Shown here: piece after piece, positions 38,010 through 47,907 of the stretch
Layout: the number at the start of each line of letters is the position of its first letter
Position numbering within the stretch: the stretch's first letter is position 1
NCBI GenBank assembly: GCA_051418015.1
Contig: JBPRGF010000033.1
Location: 224,001-288,000, forward strand
Direction: 5' to 3'
Source of the DNA: Candidatus Nitrospinota bacterium M3_3B_026
GTDB taxonomy: Bacteria; Nitrospinota_A; UBA7883; JBPRGF01
DNA length: 64,000 bases
The notes under the pieces: model-generated
The model's database searches: none
Told to the model about the DNA's origin: nothing
The model's input: only the letters and a program-made list of their open reading frames with translations
Made by a program: the position numbers and the translations under genes

Positions 38010-38753
38010 GTGGCCTTGGAGCCTGCTGACATCGAATCATCGCGCCTTCGGGTGGAGCGGGAGGTGGCGTCCGCCGTCGACTCCCTGGAGAAGAGCCTGT
38101 CCAGGTTTCGCGAAGGACTGAAGTTCAGGCGCGACAAGCGAGAGCGCCTCGCGGACTCGTCCCGCAAGGTGACCGCCCTTAAAAAAGAGACAGTCAGCGC
38201 CCTGAAAGCGATCGTCATGAAGACCGACGCCATCAAAAAGCAGATCGGGCGGGATAAAGAGAGGCTCAGGGAGCTGAAGCGCGGGGAGGCTGTCCTCAAG
38301 GGCAGGTACAACGAGTTTCTGTCCGGGCGTCTTCCGGCGTCTTCCGGCGGCGTGGAGGAGGAGGACCTGCCGAGGCGCAGAGAAAAGTTTTTGCGAAAGG
38401 CCAGGGAGTCTTTCGACGAGCTGGACGCAGGGCTCGCTAAGATCAGGGAGGAGAGAGATTCCCTTGTCTCGAAGGTGGAGGCTGGCGGGAAAAGGATGAC
38501 GGAGCTTGAACAAAAGCGGGGCATCCTGTTCAAAAAGCTTAAGATATATAAAAGCGAGTGTTACAGCCATGAGCGGGAGTTGGGCGTAACGCTGGAACGG
38601 GAGCGCGAGCTTCTGGCGGAATATGAAAACTTTTCCCGGAGGCTCAAGCCGGCGGTGGAACTTTCACAGTCGGCGAAGAACGTTCTTGCCCGGGCCGAGG
38701 CGGACATGGCCATGAAAACAGACGAAAGCTCAGGGGCGTGGCCGTACCCCTGA
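38010..38753 (+). CDS. Coiled-coil hypothetical protein
   Basis: E/K/R/L-rich heptad pattern; AGGAG RBS before GTG. Confidence 0.6.
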   Translation: MALEPADIESSRLRVEREVASAVDSLEKSLSRFREGLKFRRDKRERLADSSRKVTALKKETVSALKAIVMKTDAIKKQIGRDKERLRELKRGEAVLKGRYNEFLSGRLPASSGGVEEEDLPRRREKFLRKARESFDELDAGLAKIREERDSLVSKVEAGGKRMTELEQKRGILFKKLKIYKSECYSHERELGVTLERERELLAEYENFSRRLKPAVELSQSAKNVLARAEADMAMKTDESSGAWPYP

Positions 38754-38808
38754 GATCTCGGGGAAAGAGGGGGGGAGAAAAAGCGGCGCGCTCTGGTATC
38801 ATCCCACA

Positions 38809-39213
38809 ATGGACAAAAGAGAGCGTGACCGTCTCGTTCCCAGGGTCGGGATAGATCTTTGTGACCCGGAGAGGATAAAAAAAGCCGTGGCGCGGCACGG
38901 CGCCAGGTTCCTTGACCGCGTGTTCACCCCGGCGGAGATAGAATCCCTGTCGCGCCTGAAAAACCCTTATCCCTCCTACGCCGCGAGGTTCGCCGCCAAG
39001 GAGGCGGTGATGAAGCTTTTGGGGCGCGGGATGGGGAGCGTCGCGTTCACGGAGATAGAGATAACCGCCGATCCCGGCGGCAGGCCCCGCGTGACTTTGC
39101 GCGGCGGGGCGCGGAGGCTGGCGGACAGCCTGGGCGTCGGCGATGTGGACGTGTCGCTCACCCACGAGAAAGGGATGGCCGCGGCGGCCGCTTTTACCGT
39201 TGTTCGCGTTTAA
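38809..39213 (+). CDS. acpS: Holo-ACP synthase
   Basis: VGIDL, RFLDRVFT..E, AARFAAKEA..K, G.P, VSLTH. Confidence 0.94.
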   Translation: MDKRERDRLVPRVGIDLCDPERIKKAVARHGARFLDRVFTPAEIESLSRLKNPYPSYAARFAAKEAVMKLLGRGMGSVAFTEIEITADPGGRPRVTLRGGARRLADSLGVGDVDVSLTHEKGMAAAAAFTVVRV

Positions 39214-39366
39214 GGCGCCGGAGGCACAGGGGGAGGGGAGATCGGCGCTTTTTCATGCCGCGACAAAAGCTTTGACATTATTTCATTGCCAAACCTATAT
39301 ATAAAATGTAAGCTGAAATCATAAGAATAACCGCTTTAATCACCATAGACGAATATCAAAAGCCAG

Positions 39367-40533
39367 ATGACCGCCGCCCCGAAAAGGGATGAGCTTCCCT
39401 CCCTGACGTTGAGAAGCCATCATCCCGCCTCGAAAAAGGAGATAACTTTCGAGCTGCCCATAATAAACGGCGGCATGGGTGTCGGCGTGACGGGCCCTGA
39501 GCTTGCCGCGGCGGTGACGAACGAGGGCGGCGGCGGCGTTCTGACGGGCGTGGCGCTGGGCTATCCGTTCCAGAAAATACTGAACAAGTACGTGGACAGG
39601 AAGCCTTACGAGGCGAACGCGCTGGCCCTGTCGGAGTGGATACGCGACACCAAGGAAAAATGCGACGGGGGGTTCGTCGGCGTGAACATCATGGTGGCCG
39701 TGTACGACTTCAAGGAGCTTGCCTATACCGCCGCCAAATCGGGCGTGGACTTTATCGTGGCCGGCGCTGGGCTTCCCATGGCGCTGCCGGAGATCGTCCA
39801 CAAGTTCCCGGACACGATGATCGCCCCGATCATCTCGTCGGTGAAGGCCGCGCGGGTGATGGTCCGCCGCTGGATGTCGCGAGACCGCCCGCCGGACGCG
39901 CTGATATTCGAGTCGATCCACCATTCCGGGGGCCACCAGGGCGCCTCGGCGGAGGAGATCATGGCCGGCGACAACCAGCCGCAGGACGTGATAGCCGCGG
40001 CGAGGGAGATCCTGGACGAAAACGGGCTCCACGACGTGCCGGTCATAGCCGCCGGTGGCGTATGGGACAGGATGGACATATTGCGTGTCCTATCCTGGGG
40101 CGCCCAGGGTGTGCAGATGGCCTCGCGTTTTCTGCTCACCAGCGAGGCGGGGGCGGAGTTCGGCGGGATAAAACTTTTCAAGAAGCTTTACCTGGAAAAC
40201 AACGAGCCGACAATCCTGGAGAACAGCCCCGCGGGCCTGCCGGGGAGGGCCATCAGCACGCCCTTTTCCAGGAGGTTTGAGATATCGGACGCCGAGATCG
40301 AGAAGGAGCCGCACAAATGCCCCTTCGCCTGTCTCAGCTCTTGCGAGAAGCAAAAGTCTATCTATTGCATATTGAGCCATCTCACCGAGGCGTTGCGCGA
40401 CAACCTGGAGGAGGGGCTTTTCTTCGCCGGGTCGAACATCGGCAAGCCCGGGGTCGCAAAGGAGATCCTATCCGTCCGGGAGCTTATGAGCCGTCTGCGC
40501 CACGGCGAGCCCGTCCCGGCGCCGGTGGCGTAA
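39367..40533 (+). CDS. Nitronate monooxygenase / FabK-like flavoprotein
   Basis: PIINGGMGVG, GAGLP, GGHQG, VIAAGGV, GVQMASRF, SPAGLPGRAI, C..C..C..YCI. Confidence 0.85.
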   Translation: MTAAPKRDELPSLTLRSHHPASKKEITFELPIINGGMGVGVTGPELAAAVTNEGGGGVLTGVALGYPFQKILNKYVDRKPYEANALALSEWIRDTKEKCDGGFVGVNIMVAVYDFKELAYTAAKSGVDFIVAGAGLPMALPEIVHKFPDTMIAPIISSVKAARVMVRRWMSRDRPPDALIFESIHHSGGHQGASAEEIMAGDNQPQDVIAAAREILDENGLHDVPVIAAGGVWDRMDILRVLSWGAQGVQMASRFLLTSEAGAEFGGIKLFKKLYLENNEPTILENSPAGLPGRAISTPFSRRFEISDAEIEKEPHKCPFACLSSCEKQKSIYCILSHLTEALRDNLEEGLFFAGSNIGKPGVAKEILSVRELMSRLRHGEPVPAPVA

Positions 40534-40622
40534 GGCGCGTCCGCTTTTTCCGGCTCCCTGTCTTTTCAAAGGTGGGAAGATTCTCTTAAAATGCTGACCG
40601 GCATCTTTGAAGCGGTGTTTCC

Positions 40623-42029
40623 ATGACGCAAAAGCCAAGAACCATAGGCGAGCTTCGGGAAGCGGGATATCGGCCCGTCACGGTGAAAGAGGAGATGGAG
40701 CGCAACCTCATAAGGGCCATGGAGTCCGGCGAGGAGCTTTTTCCGGGGATACAGGGCTACGAGACAACCGTCATACCCCAGATAGTAAACGCCGTCCTCT
40801 CCCACCACGACATGGTCCTGCTAGGCGAGAAGGGCCAGGCGAAGACCAGGGTCATGCGCGCCCTGACAAGGTTTCTGGACGACGAGGTCCCCTCCATTGC
40901 GGGCTGCGAGATAAACGACAACCCTTTCGACCCCATCTGCGCCTCGTGCAGAAGGAAGATAGAAGAGCATGGCGACATCGTGGAGATCGACTGGATCCCG
41001 CAAGACAGCCGCTACGGCGAGCGCCTGTCGCCGGGGACGAAGATCGCCGACCTCATAGGCGACCTCGACCCGGCGAGGGTGGCGGGGGGCGCGCCGCTGG
41101 CCTCCGAGGACGCCATAAGCTTCGGCCTCATCCCGCGCATGAACCGGGGGATATTCGCCATAAACGAGCTTCCCGACCTCGACTATCTCATCCAGGTGTC
41201 GCTTTTCAACATCCTCGAGGAGCGCGACATCCAGATACGCGGCTACCCGATCCGCTTCCCGCTGGACGTCGTTTTAGTCTTCTCGGCGAACCCGGAGGAG
41301 TACTCCCGCTCTGGCAAGATAATCTCCCAGCTAAAGGACAGGATCGGCGCGGAGATCAGGACGCACTATCCCCTTTCCCGCGACGTGGGGATAAAGATCA
41401 TCGAGCAGGAGGCGAAGGCGGCCACGGGCGGCGGCTACGAGCTTTTCGTCCCGGATTTCATGAAGGACATAATAGAGCAGATCACCATCGAGGCGCGCAG
41501 GTCGCCATACGTCAACCAGGCCTCCGGCGTCTCCGCCCGCCTCTCCATCGCCAATTACGAGACGATGATCGCCAACGCAAGAAGGCGCGCCATCACCCTC
41601 GGCGAGCGGGTCGTGACGCCGCGCGTCTCGGACCTCAACTACCTCGGCGCGTCGTCGGGGGGCAAGATAGAGTTGGACCCTTTCCGCGAGGAGTCGTTGA
41701 CGGAGTTCCAGACGCTGGGCAGGATAATGGACGCGGCGATCCGCAAAGTGTTCGAGGAGAGGTTCGAGCCAGGAGCCCTGGACGAGCTGGCTGGGGCCAT
41801 CACGGGCGACGTGGCGGTGGAAATAGGCGACATGACGCCGTCGCCGGACTACAAGGAGGTCGTCTCCAGGGTTCCCCAACTCTGGGAGTCTGTCCACGCC
41901 CTCGGCGGGGACGCCTCCGACCAGGCGCGCGCCTCCTGCGTCGAGTTCGTCCTGGAGGGGCTGCACCTCACCGGCAAGCTCACCCGCAAGAAGATCGGCG
42001 ATTTGGCCGCGTACAGGGGCAGGGGCTGA
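40623..42029 (+). CDS. Magnesium-chelatase-like AAA+ ATPase
   Basis: LGEKGQAKTR, ADLIGD.DP, GIFAINELPDL, FSANPEEY, LKDRIG, SGVSARLSI. Confidence 0.82.
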   Translation: MTQKPRTIGELREAGYRPVTVKEEMERNLIRAMESGEELFPGIQGYETTVIPQIVNAVLSHHDMVLLGEKGQAKTRVMRALTRFLDDEVPSIAGCEINDNPFDPICASCRRKIEEHGDIVEIDWIPQDSRYGERLSPGTKIADLIGDLDPARVAGGAPLASEDAISFGLIPRMNRGIFAINELPDLDYLIQVSLFNILEERDIQIRGYPIRFPLDVVLVFSANPEEYSRSGKIISQLKDRIGAEIRTHYPLSRDVGIKIIEQEAKAATGGGYELFVPDFMKDIIEQITIEARRSPYVNQASGVSARLSIANYETMIANARRRAITLGERVVTPRVSDLNYLGASSGGKIELDPFREESLTEFQTLGRIMDAAIRKVFEERFEPGALDELAGAITGDVAVEIGDMTPSPDYKEVVSRVPQLWESVHALGGDASDQARASCVEFVLEGLHLTGKLTRKKIGDLAAYRGRG

Positions 42030-42042
42030 AAAGGCGAGGCGT

Positions 42043-42079
42043 AAAAAAACCGGACCGCTTGAGCGCAAGCGGCCCGGTT
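42043..42079 (-). terminator. Intrinsic terminator (possibly bidirectional)
   Basis: A7 + ACCGGACCGCTT/AAGCGGCCCGGT hairpin between convergent genes. Confidence 0.6.
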
Positions 42080-42101
42080 GTATCGTCTACGGAATATCCG
42101 C

Positions 42102-42422
42102 TTATTTGGCGGACTGGACGTAGTCGTACAAAGTCTTGATGTCCTCGTCGGAAAGTTTTTTCTGCGGAGGCATCTTCTTTTTCTCGAAACCGGCTATGGG
42201 CGCGGGCTTGCCGTCCCACTTGGAGCCTTTTTTCACCTGGTTGGTGAACTGCTCGAGGCTCATGGAGCTTTTGACCAGATCAGGCCCGATCTTGCCCTTG
42301 CCCGCTCCGACGTCGCCATGGCAGGTTTTGCATTTCTTGTACGCCGCGGGCGCGTCTCCGGCAAGAGCGGCACCGGCCATCAAGGCCAGAGAGAACGCGG
42401 TGGCAACTAACGTTCGCATCAT
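42102..42422 (-). CDS. Monoheme class I cytochrome c
   Basis: Signal peptide; CKTCH; GPDL; distal Met in KMPP; LSDEDI..LYDY. Confidence 0.92.
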   Translation of the reverse strand: MMRTLVATAFSLALMAGAALAGDAPAAYKKCKTCHGDVGAGKGKIGPDLVKSSMSLEQFTNQVKKGSKWDGKPAPIAGFEKKKMPPQKKLSDEDIKTLYDYVQSAK

Positions 42423-42652
42423 TTAATCCCCCCAAATTAATGTAATTGGTTATAACACTGGAGAATCACTCCGAATCATGATTTTACACAAATCTGGCGC
42501 CGCGAAGAACAAAAAACGTCCTCCCTGAAGTCTTTTACGAGAGCCTCTAAAAAAAGTATCGTTGTTTATGACTTTTTTTGGCGAAGAGAGCGAAAGCGGG
42601 TTTATACTAAAGCAAACGCATATGTGAACATGGCGGAAACGGACGATTTAAG

Positions 42653-43222
42653 ATGCCAAAACCTTTCAGGTGGTTTTTACTGCTTCCGGCTCTCATCATA
42701 GCCTTCTCCTGCGGCGGCGGCTCCGAGGAAGGCGGCGGCTCGAGCCCGTCATCTCTCTCCTCCTCCGCTGATCTCATCTCCGGGCTCGGCCCTCCCACGA
42801 TTTTTTCCATAGAATGCATGCGCTACAAATACAACGCCGATACCGGCGTGTGGGAGGCGCAGAGCGGCTTCGTCCGCATAGATACCTGGATATACGCCCG
42901 GGGCTCGACGTCGACGGGCTACACCCTGGTAAACGGCGAGGTCATAAAATCCCAGAGCCTGGACAAGGACCTCAGCTCGTATCCCAGCCTGGGGATGAAC
43001 CCGCGCAGGCTGGGATGCGGCGAGGCCAAATCCACGGTGGAGTCGGTCGTCGGCGGGACTCTCACGGTCACCACCGACGGGACGGAAGCCGAGACGGCCC
43101 TCACCTTCGAGACGTACAAGATCACCTCCAACTACTACAAGCTCGTCACCGGCTCCGGGTCATACACCGAGTCGATCGGAGGATACGAGGTCAATCTGAG
43201 CCTGTCGTTCACCCTGGATTGA
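42653..43222 (+). CDS. Hypothetical lipoprotein
   Basis: Lipobox IAFSC followed by G/S-rich linker. Confidence 0.65.
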   Translation: MPKPFRWFLLLPALIIAFSCGGGSEEGGGSSPSSLSSSADLISGLGPPTIFSIECMRYKYNADTGVWEAQSGFVRIDTWIYARGSTSTGYTLVNGEVIKSQSLDKDLSSYPSLGMNPRRLGCGEAKSTVESVVGGTLTVTTDGTEAETALTFETYKITSNYYKLVTGSGSYTESIGGYEVNLSLSFTLD

Positions 43223-43243
43223 CCGGCCCCGTCGGCCCTGGTC

Positions 43244-43711
43244 TCACTCCACCTTCCGCCAGACGTTGGTCTGGTCGTGGGGGACGCCATCGCGCTGGTA
43301 GTAGTTCTCCTCAAGGGTGTTGTAATTGTCGCTGAAGGTCATCGTGTACATGTAGACCCTGCCGTCGAGAGTGGGGCAGGTGGTTGAGGTGTAGGTCATG
43401 GTCATGTCGTATCTCGTGTCCGAGATTTTTTCGTTGACCTCCAGCTCCCCGGAGGTCTCGCACACGCCGCAGTGGTTCCAGGTCATCGTGTCCGCCGTGT
43501 AGGTTATGAGGCAGTTGTTGTCCGGCGAGAGCGCGTCGCCGTCCTGGCTCACGGCCCGCCATTGGCCCACCCACGGGGTCGAGGCGCCGCCTTCTTCGCC
43601 GCCTGTTCCGCCGTTCTGCGTTGTGGTGTTCGTGGATGAGCCGCCGCCACTTCCGCAGGCGACCGTCATGACGAGGAGAAAGACCAGAATCAACGCCAGA
43701 TGTTTTCTCAT
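43244..43711 (-). CDS. Hypothetical lipoprotein, lipocalin-like
   Basis: MRKHLALILVFLLVMTVAC lipobox; G/S/T linker; WVGQW motif; GGAGG RBS. Confidence 0.7.
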   Translation of the reverse strand: MRKHLALILVFLLVMTVACGSGGGSSTNTTTQNGGTGGEEGGASTPWVGQWRAVSQDGDALSPDNNCLITYTADTMTWNHCGVCETSGELEVNEKISDTRYDMTMTYTSTTCPTLDGRVYMYTMTFSDNYNTLEENYYQRDGVPHDQTNVWRKVE

Positions 43712-43745
43712 TCGTCCTCCCTGGAAAAGTCGAAAAAAGCAAAGT

Positions 43746-44321
43746 CTAGTTCCTGGCGAAGCCCGCCTCGGCGAGGGTGGAGAAATTTGACTGGCCGGAG
43801 TCGATGCTCGCGCCGCCGGCCATCTCCACGGCGTTTCCATCGCCGATGAACGTCACCCAGCATTGCCCGTGGATCGTCCCGTCCCCGTCAACGACGAAGG
43901 CGTATGTCTCCTTGGAGGTGGCCGCCCCGCCGCCGTTTCCGGTAATCCAGGTGGCGTTGAGGACGTAGGCGTAGTCGTAATCCGCGATGTTTGCCACGTT
44001 ATCTATGGCGAGCAGGCTGTCCTGAGAGGGATAAAGCTCGAAGCTTTGGGTAACAGCCACGTCGGTCCGGATATACTCGCCGGAGTGGACGGGATAGCCT
44101 TCGCCGGTCGTTTGGCTTGTGCACTCATCGGCCAGGTACGTGGTGTGCCAGACGCTGTTGCCTCGGATGGGGCATGCCAGCCTGTAGACACCTTTAAGAT
44201 CATAGTCTCCGCAAAGAGATCCGCCACCCGTGGATGCGCCTCCGCCACCGCCGCCGCCTCCGCAGGCCGCCACGGTCAAAGCGGAGAGAAAAACAAAAGA
44301 GTTAATTAACCATCTGCTCAC
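43746..44321 (-). CDS. Hypothetical lipoprotein
   Basis: GTG start after AGGAGG; LTVAAC lipobox; poly-Gly linker. Confidence 0.7.
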   Translation of the reverse strand: MSRWLINSFVFLSALTVAACGGGGGGGGASTGGGSLCGDYDLKGVYRLACPIRGNSVWHTTYLADECTSQTTGEGYPVHSGEYIRTDVAVTQSFELYPSQDSLLAIDNVANIADYDYAYVLNATWITGNGGGAATSKETYAFVVDGDGTIHGQCWVTFIGDGNAVEMAGGASIDSGQSNFSTLAEAGFARN

Positions 44322-44780
44322 ATGATCCTCCTTTTCGTAATAGGGAAAGTAGCTGGAAAAGAATCCCCGCGGGGCACGGACCCTGAGAGCTAAACGGGGA
44401 GAAGACAAGAGCGGCCTGATGGCCGCCGATATGTTAGAAAGCGTCAGGCAGGACGCAAACCGCGCCGGCGCCCGGGAAAAGAGGCGCCCCGAACGGCTTT
44501 GGCTCCGGAAAGATTCCGGTGACAAACATCCTGGCGTGCTTAAAAAGTTTTGAATGACGCATGGCCTGGTATGTTAACAAACGATACAAACGAGCGCAAG
44601 GAGCGGGTCTCATGTCCTGGATGCCGCGCGGGTTCGCCGGGATTTTTTCGGAAATGGCGGCCCGGGGTTATAGAGAAGCCGCCGCCCGCTGTGTTATCTT
44701 TACAATGTCCACGTTGCCCGTTGGGCGCGGGACGCCAATGGTAGATCGTCAAACCTGGAACGCTTGATCGGGGATACGCC

Positions 44781-46172
44781 ATGAAAGTCAACTCCTCAGA
44801 AGAACTCAAAAAGATAGTGGAAGGCTGCGCGAAAGTGGGCGATTCCGTGGAGGTCACGGACCCCGGCGCCTTGCGCTCAGGGCCGATCGACAAGCTTGTC
44901 TACAACGCCGTGTTCGGCCCCACGCCTGAAATCCGGGGAATGGCCAGGTGGATGATAAGAGGCGCCGCGGAGAGCCTCGGGATATGGCCCGCCTCCATCC
45001 AGGGCCTTTACGAGGCGATGGGCCGGGGCGAAGCGAGCGGATATACCGTCCCGGCGGTGAACCTGCGCGGCATGACTTATGACGCCGCCAGGGCCCTGAT
45101 CCGGACGGCGTTGAAGAACAACACCGGCCCGTTCATCTTCGAGATAGCAAGGTCGGAGGTAGGCTACACGAAGCAGAGGCCCGGCGAGTACGCCGCCGTG
45201 GTTATCGCCGCCGCGGTCAAGGAGGGATGGGAAGGCCCTGTCTTCATCCAGGGCGATCATTTCCAGGTGAACGCGAAAAAACACCAGGAAGACCCGGAAA
45301 AAGAGGTCCAGGGCGCCAAGGACCTCATAAAAGAGGCCATAGAGGCCGGGTTTTACAACATAGACATAGACACCTCCACGCTGGTGGACCTTTCGAAACC
45401 GACACTCGACGAGCAGCAGAAGCTCAATTACGAGATCGGCGCGCGGCTCAACGCCTATGTCCGCGAGCTGGAGCCCTCCGGCGTGACGGTCTCCGTAGGC
45501 GGCGAGATAGGCGAGGTCGGCGAGAAGAACTCCACCGTCGAGGAGCTGGACGCCTACATGGAAGGATACCGGCGGGAGATGGACAAGCTGGGCGGAATAA
45601 AGGGCATCAGCAAGGTCTCCGTCCAGACTGGCACGTCCCACGGCGGCGTTCCGCTGCCGGACGGTTCCATAGCGGAGGTCGCGCTCGATTTCGACACCCT
45701 GGACAAGCTAAGCCACAGGGCCAGGGAAAAATACGGCCTGGCGGGCGCCGTCCAGCACGGCGCGTCGACCCTGCCGGACGACGCCTTCCACCATTTCCCG
45801 GAGACCACGACGGCGGAGATACACCTGGCCACCGGGTTCCAGAACATCATCTACGACTCGGAAAGTTTCCCTGCCGATCTGAGGGAGGAAATCTACAAGG
45901 GGCTGCATGAGAGCTTCGCCGCCGAGCGCAAGGAGGGCCAGACGGAGGAGCAGTTCATCTATAAAACCCGCAAGAAGGGTTTTGGCCTTGCCAAGGAAGA
46001 GATATGGACCCTCCCGGAGAAGACGCGGAACGCCATCGCCGGAGAGCTTGAGGGCAAGTTCGATTTTCTTTTCAAAAAGCTGAAGGCGGTGGACAATCGG
46101 GAGGATGTCGGCAAATACATCACGCATCCCCGTGTCTCCCCAAGCATCGAAAAAGAGATATCCTGGGCCTGA
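44781..46172 (+). CDS. Class II fructose-bisphosphate aldolase family protein
   Basis: VPAVN, FIQGDHFQ, IDIDTS, GGEIGEVG, QTGTSHGG, VQHGASTLP, EIHLATGFQ. Confidence 0.88.
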   Translation: MKVNSSEELKKIVEGCAKVGDSVEVTDPGALRSGPIDKLVYNAVFGPTPEIRGMARWMIRGAAESLGIWPASIQGLYEAMGRGEASGYTVPAVNLRGMTYDAARALIRTALKNNTGPFIFEIARSEVGYTKQRPGEYAAVVIAAAVKEGWEGPVFIQGDHFQVNAKKHQEDPEKEVQGAKDLIKEAIEAGFYNIDIDTSTLVDLSKPTLDEQQKLNYEIGARLNAYVRELEPSGVTVSVGGEIGEVGEKNSTVEELDAYMEGYRREMDKLGGIKGISKVSVQTGTSHGGVPLPDGSIAEVALDFDTLDKLSHRAREKYGLAGAVQHGASTLPDDAFHHFPETTTAEIHLATGFQNIIYDSESFPADLREEIYKGLHESFAAERKEGQTEEQFIYKTRKKGFGLAKEEIWTLPEKTRNAIAGELEGKFDFLFKKLKAVDNREDVGKYITHPRVSPSIEKEISWA

Positions 46173-46286
46173 CGCAGCCGCCTGGCGCCGGCGTCACACT
46201 GAGGCTCACACATTGTCATTCTGAGGCGGCAACCGCCGAAGAATCTCGCCGCGGCCAAGGCGAGGGCGAGCATTGGCGAACGGGGC

Positions 46287-46313
46287 TAAAGTTTTCTTCT
46301 TTTGCTCCGATAA
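46287..46313 (+). promoter_or_regulatory. sigma28 (FliA) promoter
   Basis: TAAAGTTT...TCCGATAA with TAAA-N15-TCCGATAA spacing (consensus TAAA-N15-GCCGATAA). Confidence 0.75.
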
Positions 46314-46352
46314 ACGGAAAAGGAGAACTTCGAGTTTTGAAAGGAGCCGCTC

Positions 46353-46532
46353 ATGAACGTGTCTGAAGCAGGCGCGGCCTCGCTTGCCGTAAACGAGGCG
46401 CTTTCAGCCGAAAAGCCAACGAAAGTGGACGTGGCCGTCGCCAGGAAAGCGCTGGACACCCAGAAGGCCGAGGGAGAGATGGTTGCGGATATGATTAAAA
46501 AAGCCGGAAGCGTGGTGGATGTGACGGCTTAG
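46353..46532 (+). CDS. YjfB-like putative motility protein (59 aa, absent from ORF track)
   Basis: AAGGAG RBS; MNVSEAGAASLAVNEALSAEKPTKVDVAVARKALDTQKAEGEMVADMIKKAGSVVDVTA; V..KALD.Q...G..VDV.A pattern. Confidence 0.8.
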   Translation: MNVSEAGAASLAVNEALSAEKPTKVDVAVARKALDTQKAEGEMVADMIKKAGSVVDVTA

Positions 46533-46559
46533 ATTTTTCCGGATTCATGACGCTAAGAG

Positions 46560-46595
46560 CGCCCCGGAGCCCATATCGGCTCGGGGCGTTTTTTT
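46560..46595 (+). terminator. Intrinsic terminator
   Basis: CGCCCCGGAGCC/GGCTCGGGGCG hairpin + T7. Confidence 0.75.
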
Positions 46596-46600
46596 GACTT

Positions 46601-47323
46601 TTAAAGCCGCCAGGCGGCCGGCGCCCCGATAATTTTTATCCAGAGTTGATCCTCGGGCCGCATCAGGCTGTCCCACAGCGTGGCGGGGTCCCGCTCGAAA
46701 ATGGACATTTCGTCCGCGTCGATCACCCGCCAGTCGCCCCTGTTGATCTCGAACTCCAGCTGCCCCGGCGCCCAGCCCGTGTATCCCGCGTATACCCTGG
46801 CCGACGAGTCCTCATCGGACAGGGCCTTGGTGAGGGCCTTGACGCTGCCGCTGAAATAGACGTTCCCGAACACGTGGTAAGACTCGGCCACATCCTCGGC
46901 GCTCCTGATGAGCAACACCATGCCTTTTCTGAGGACCGGCCCGCCGAAAAAGAGCCGCTCCCGGCTGTTCTCAAACTCTTTTATCTCCGGCAGCGCCTCC
47001 GAAAGGCTGGTTTCAGTCGGCCTGTTGATAATGACCCCCACCGTCCCCGTCGGGCCGTAATGGGTAAGCAGGACGACAGTCTTCTCGAAGTTCGGATCCT
47101 TCAGCTTCCGTTCGGCCACCAGAAAGACGCCCTTTTTCAGGCCGCTGTGGTTTTTCTCCTTTGTCTGGGGCCCCTGCCGCGACTGTCCCCGATCGTCTTC
47201 AGGATGGAACGGGGCGGCGCTGGCCTGTCCATTGGCCAGCAGGAAAAAGGCTAACCCCAGGACGATGAAGGCAAAGCCCGGCGCGGTGGATTTTTCAGCC
47301 CCGGAAGGCGGGCGATTCGTCAT
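46601..47323 (-). CDS. YqgE/AlgH family protein with N-terminal signal-like segment
   Basis: DPNFEKTVVLL, GVIINRP, FFGGPV, YAGYTGWAPGQLE.E...W. Confidence 0.88.
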   Translation of the reverse strand: MTNRPPSGAEKSTAPGFAFIVLGLAFFLLANGQASAAPFHPEDDRGQSRQGPQTKEKNHSGLKKGVFLVAERKLKDPNFEKTVVLLTHYGPTGTVGVIINRPTETSLSEALPEIKEFENSRERLFFGGPVLRKGMVLLIRSAEDVAESYHVFGNVYFSGSVKALTKALSDEDSSARVYAGYTGWAPGQLEFEINRGDWRVIDADEMSIFERDPATLWDSLMRPEDQLWIKIIGAPAAWRL

Positions 47324-47570
47324 CGGAAAAAACCTCTGAGCGTGCGGCGGAAGTCATGTCCGCCCGTGTTATGGCTATTTCTCTAATATAACTCACATCA
47401 CGGAAGGCGCCAAGGCTCCCCGGCGCTTCCTTATCCGTCGCTAAAATTCCGCCCGGCGCCTATACATCCAACGCCGCGTTGAATATACTTTTAGACTCGG
47501 AGCCCCGGCCGCATGAAAACCGGCCGGAAGGCGCGGTGTGGAAAGTGAACAACAGCAGGAGAGATTGAAG

Positions 47571-47900
47571 ATGCCGAAGCCGAAGTATCATGTCCTTGTC
47601 TGCACAAACCAGCGCCCCGAGGGCCATCCCAAGGGGAGCTGTCTTCAGAAAAACTCCATGAATATATGGCAGAAATTCGCCGACGTCCTGAACCAGCGGC
47701 AGATGTTCGACACCGTCCTGGTCTCCGGCGTCCGCTCGTGCCTCGGCCCCTGCGGCGCGGGTCCCGTGGTCGTGGTCCATCCGGACAACGTCTGGTACGG
47801 CCCCGTCACCGAGGCGGACGTGGAGGAGATATTCGAAAGCCACCTTGCGGGCGGCAAGCCCGTGGACAGGCTCATGATCCCGGAAGAGGCGTTCGTGTGA
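47571..47900 (+). CDS. Thioredoxin-like [2Fe-2S] ferredoxin
   Basis: HVLVCTNQR..HPKGSC, SCLGPC..GP.VVVHPDNVWY, HL.GG.PV.RL. Confidence 0.92.
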   Translation: MPKPKYHVLVCTNQRPEGHPKGSCLQKNSMNIWQKFADVLNQRQMFDTVLVSGVRSCLGPCGAGPVVVVHPDNVWYGPVTEADVEEIFESHLAGGKPVDRLMIPEEAFV

Positions 47901-47907
47901 GCTTTTT

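Noticed and set aside
44330..44780. Long intergenic region with hairpins, possible riboswitch or sRNA
   Set aside because: No recognisable family motif on either strand; would need an Rfam/Infernal scan.
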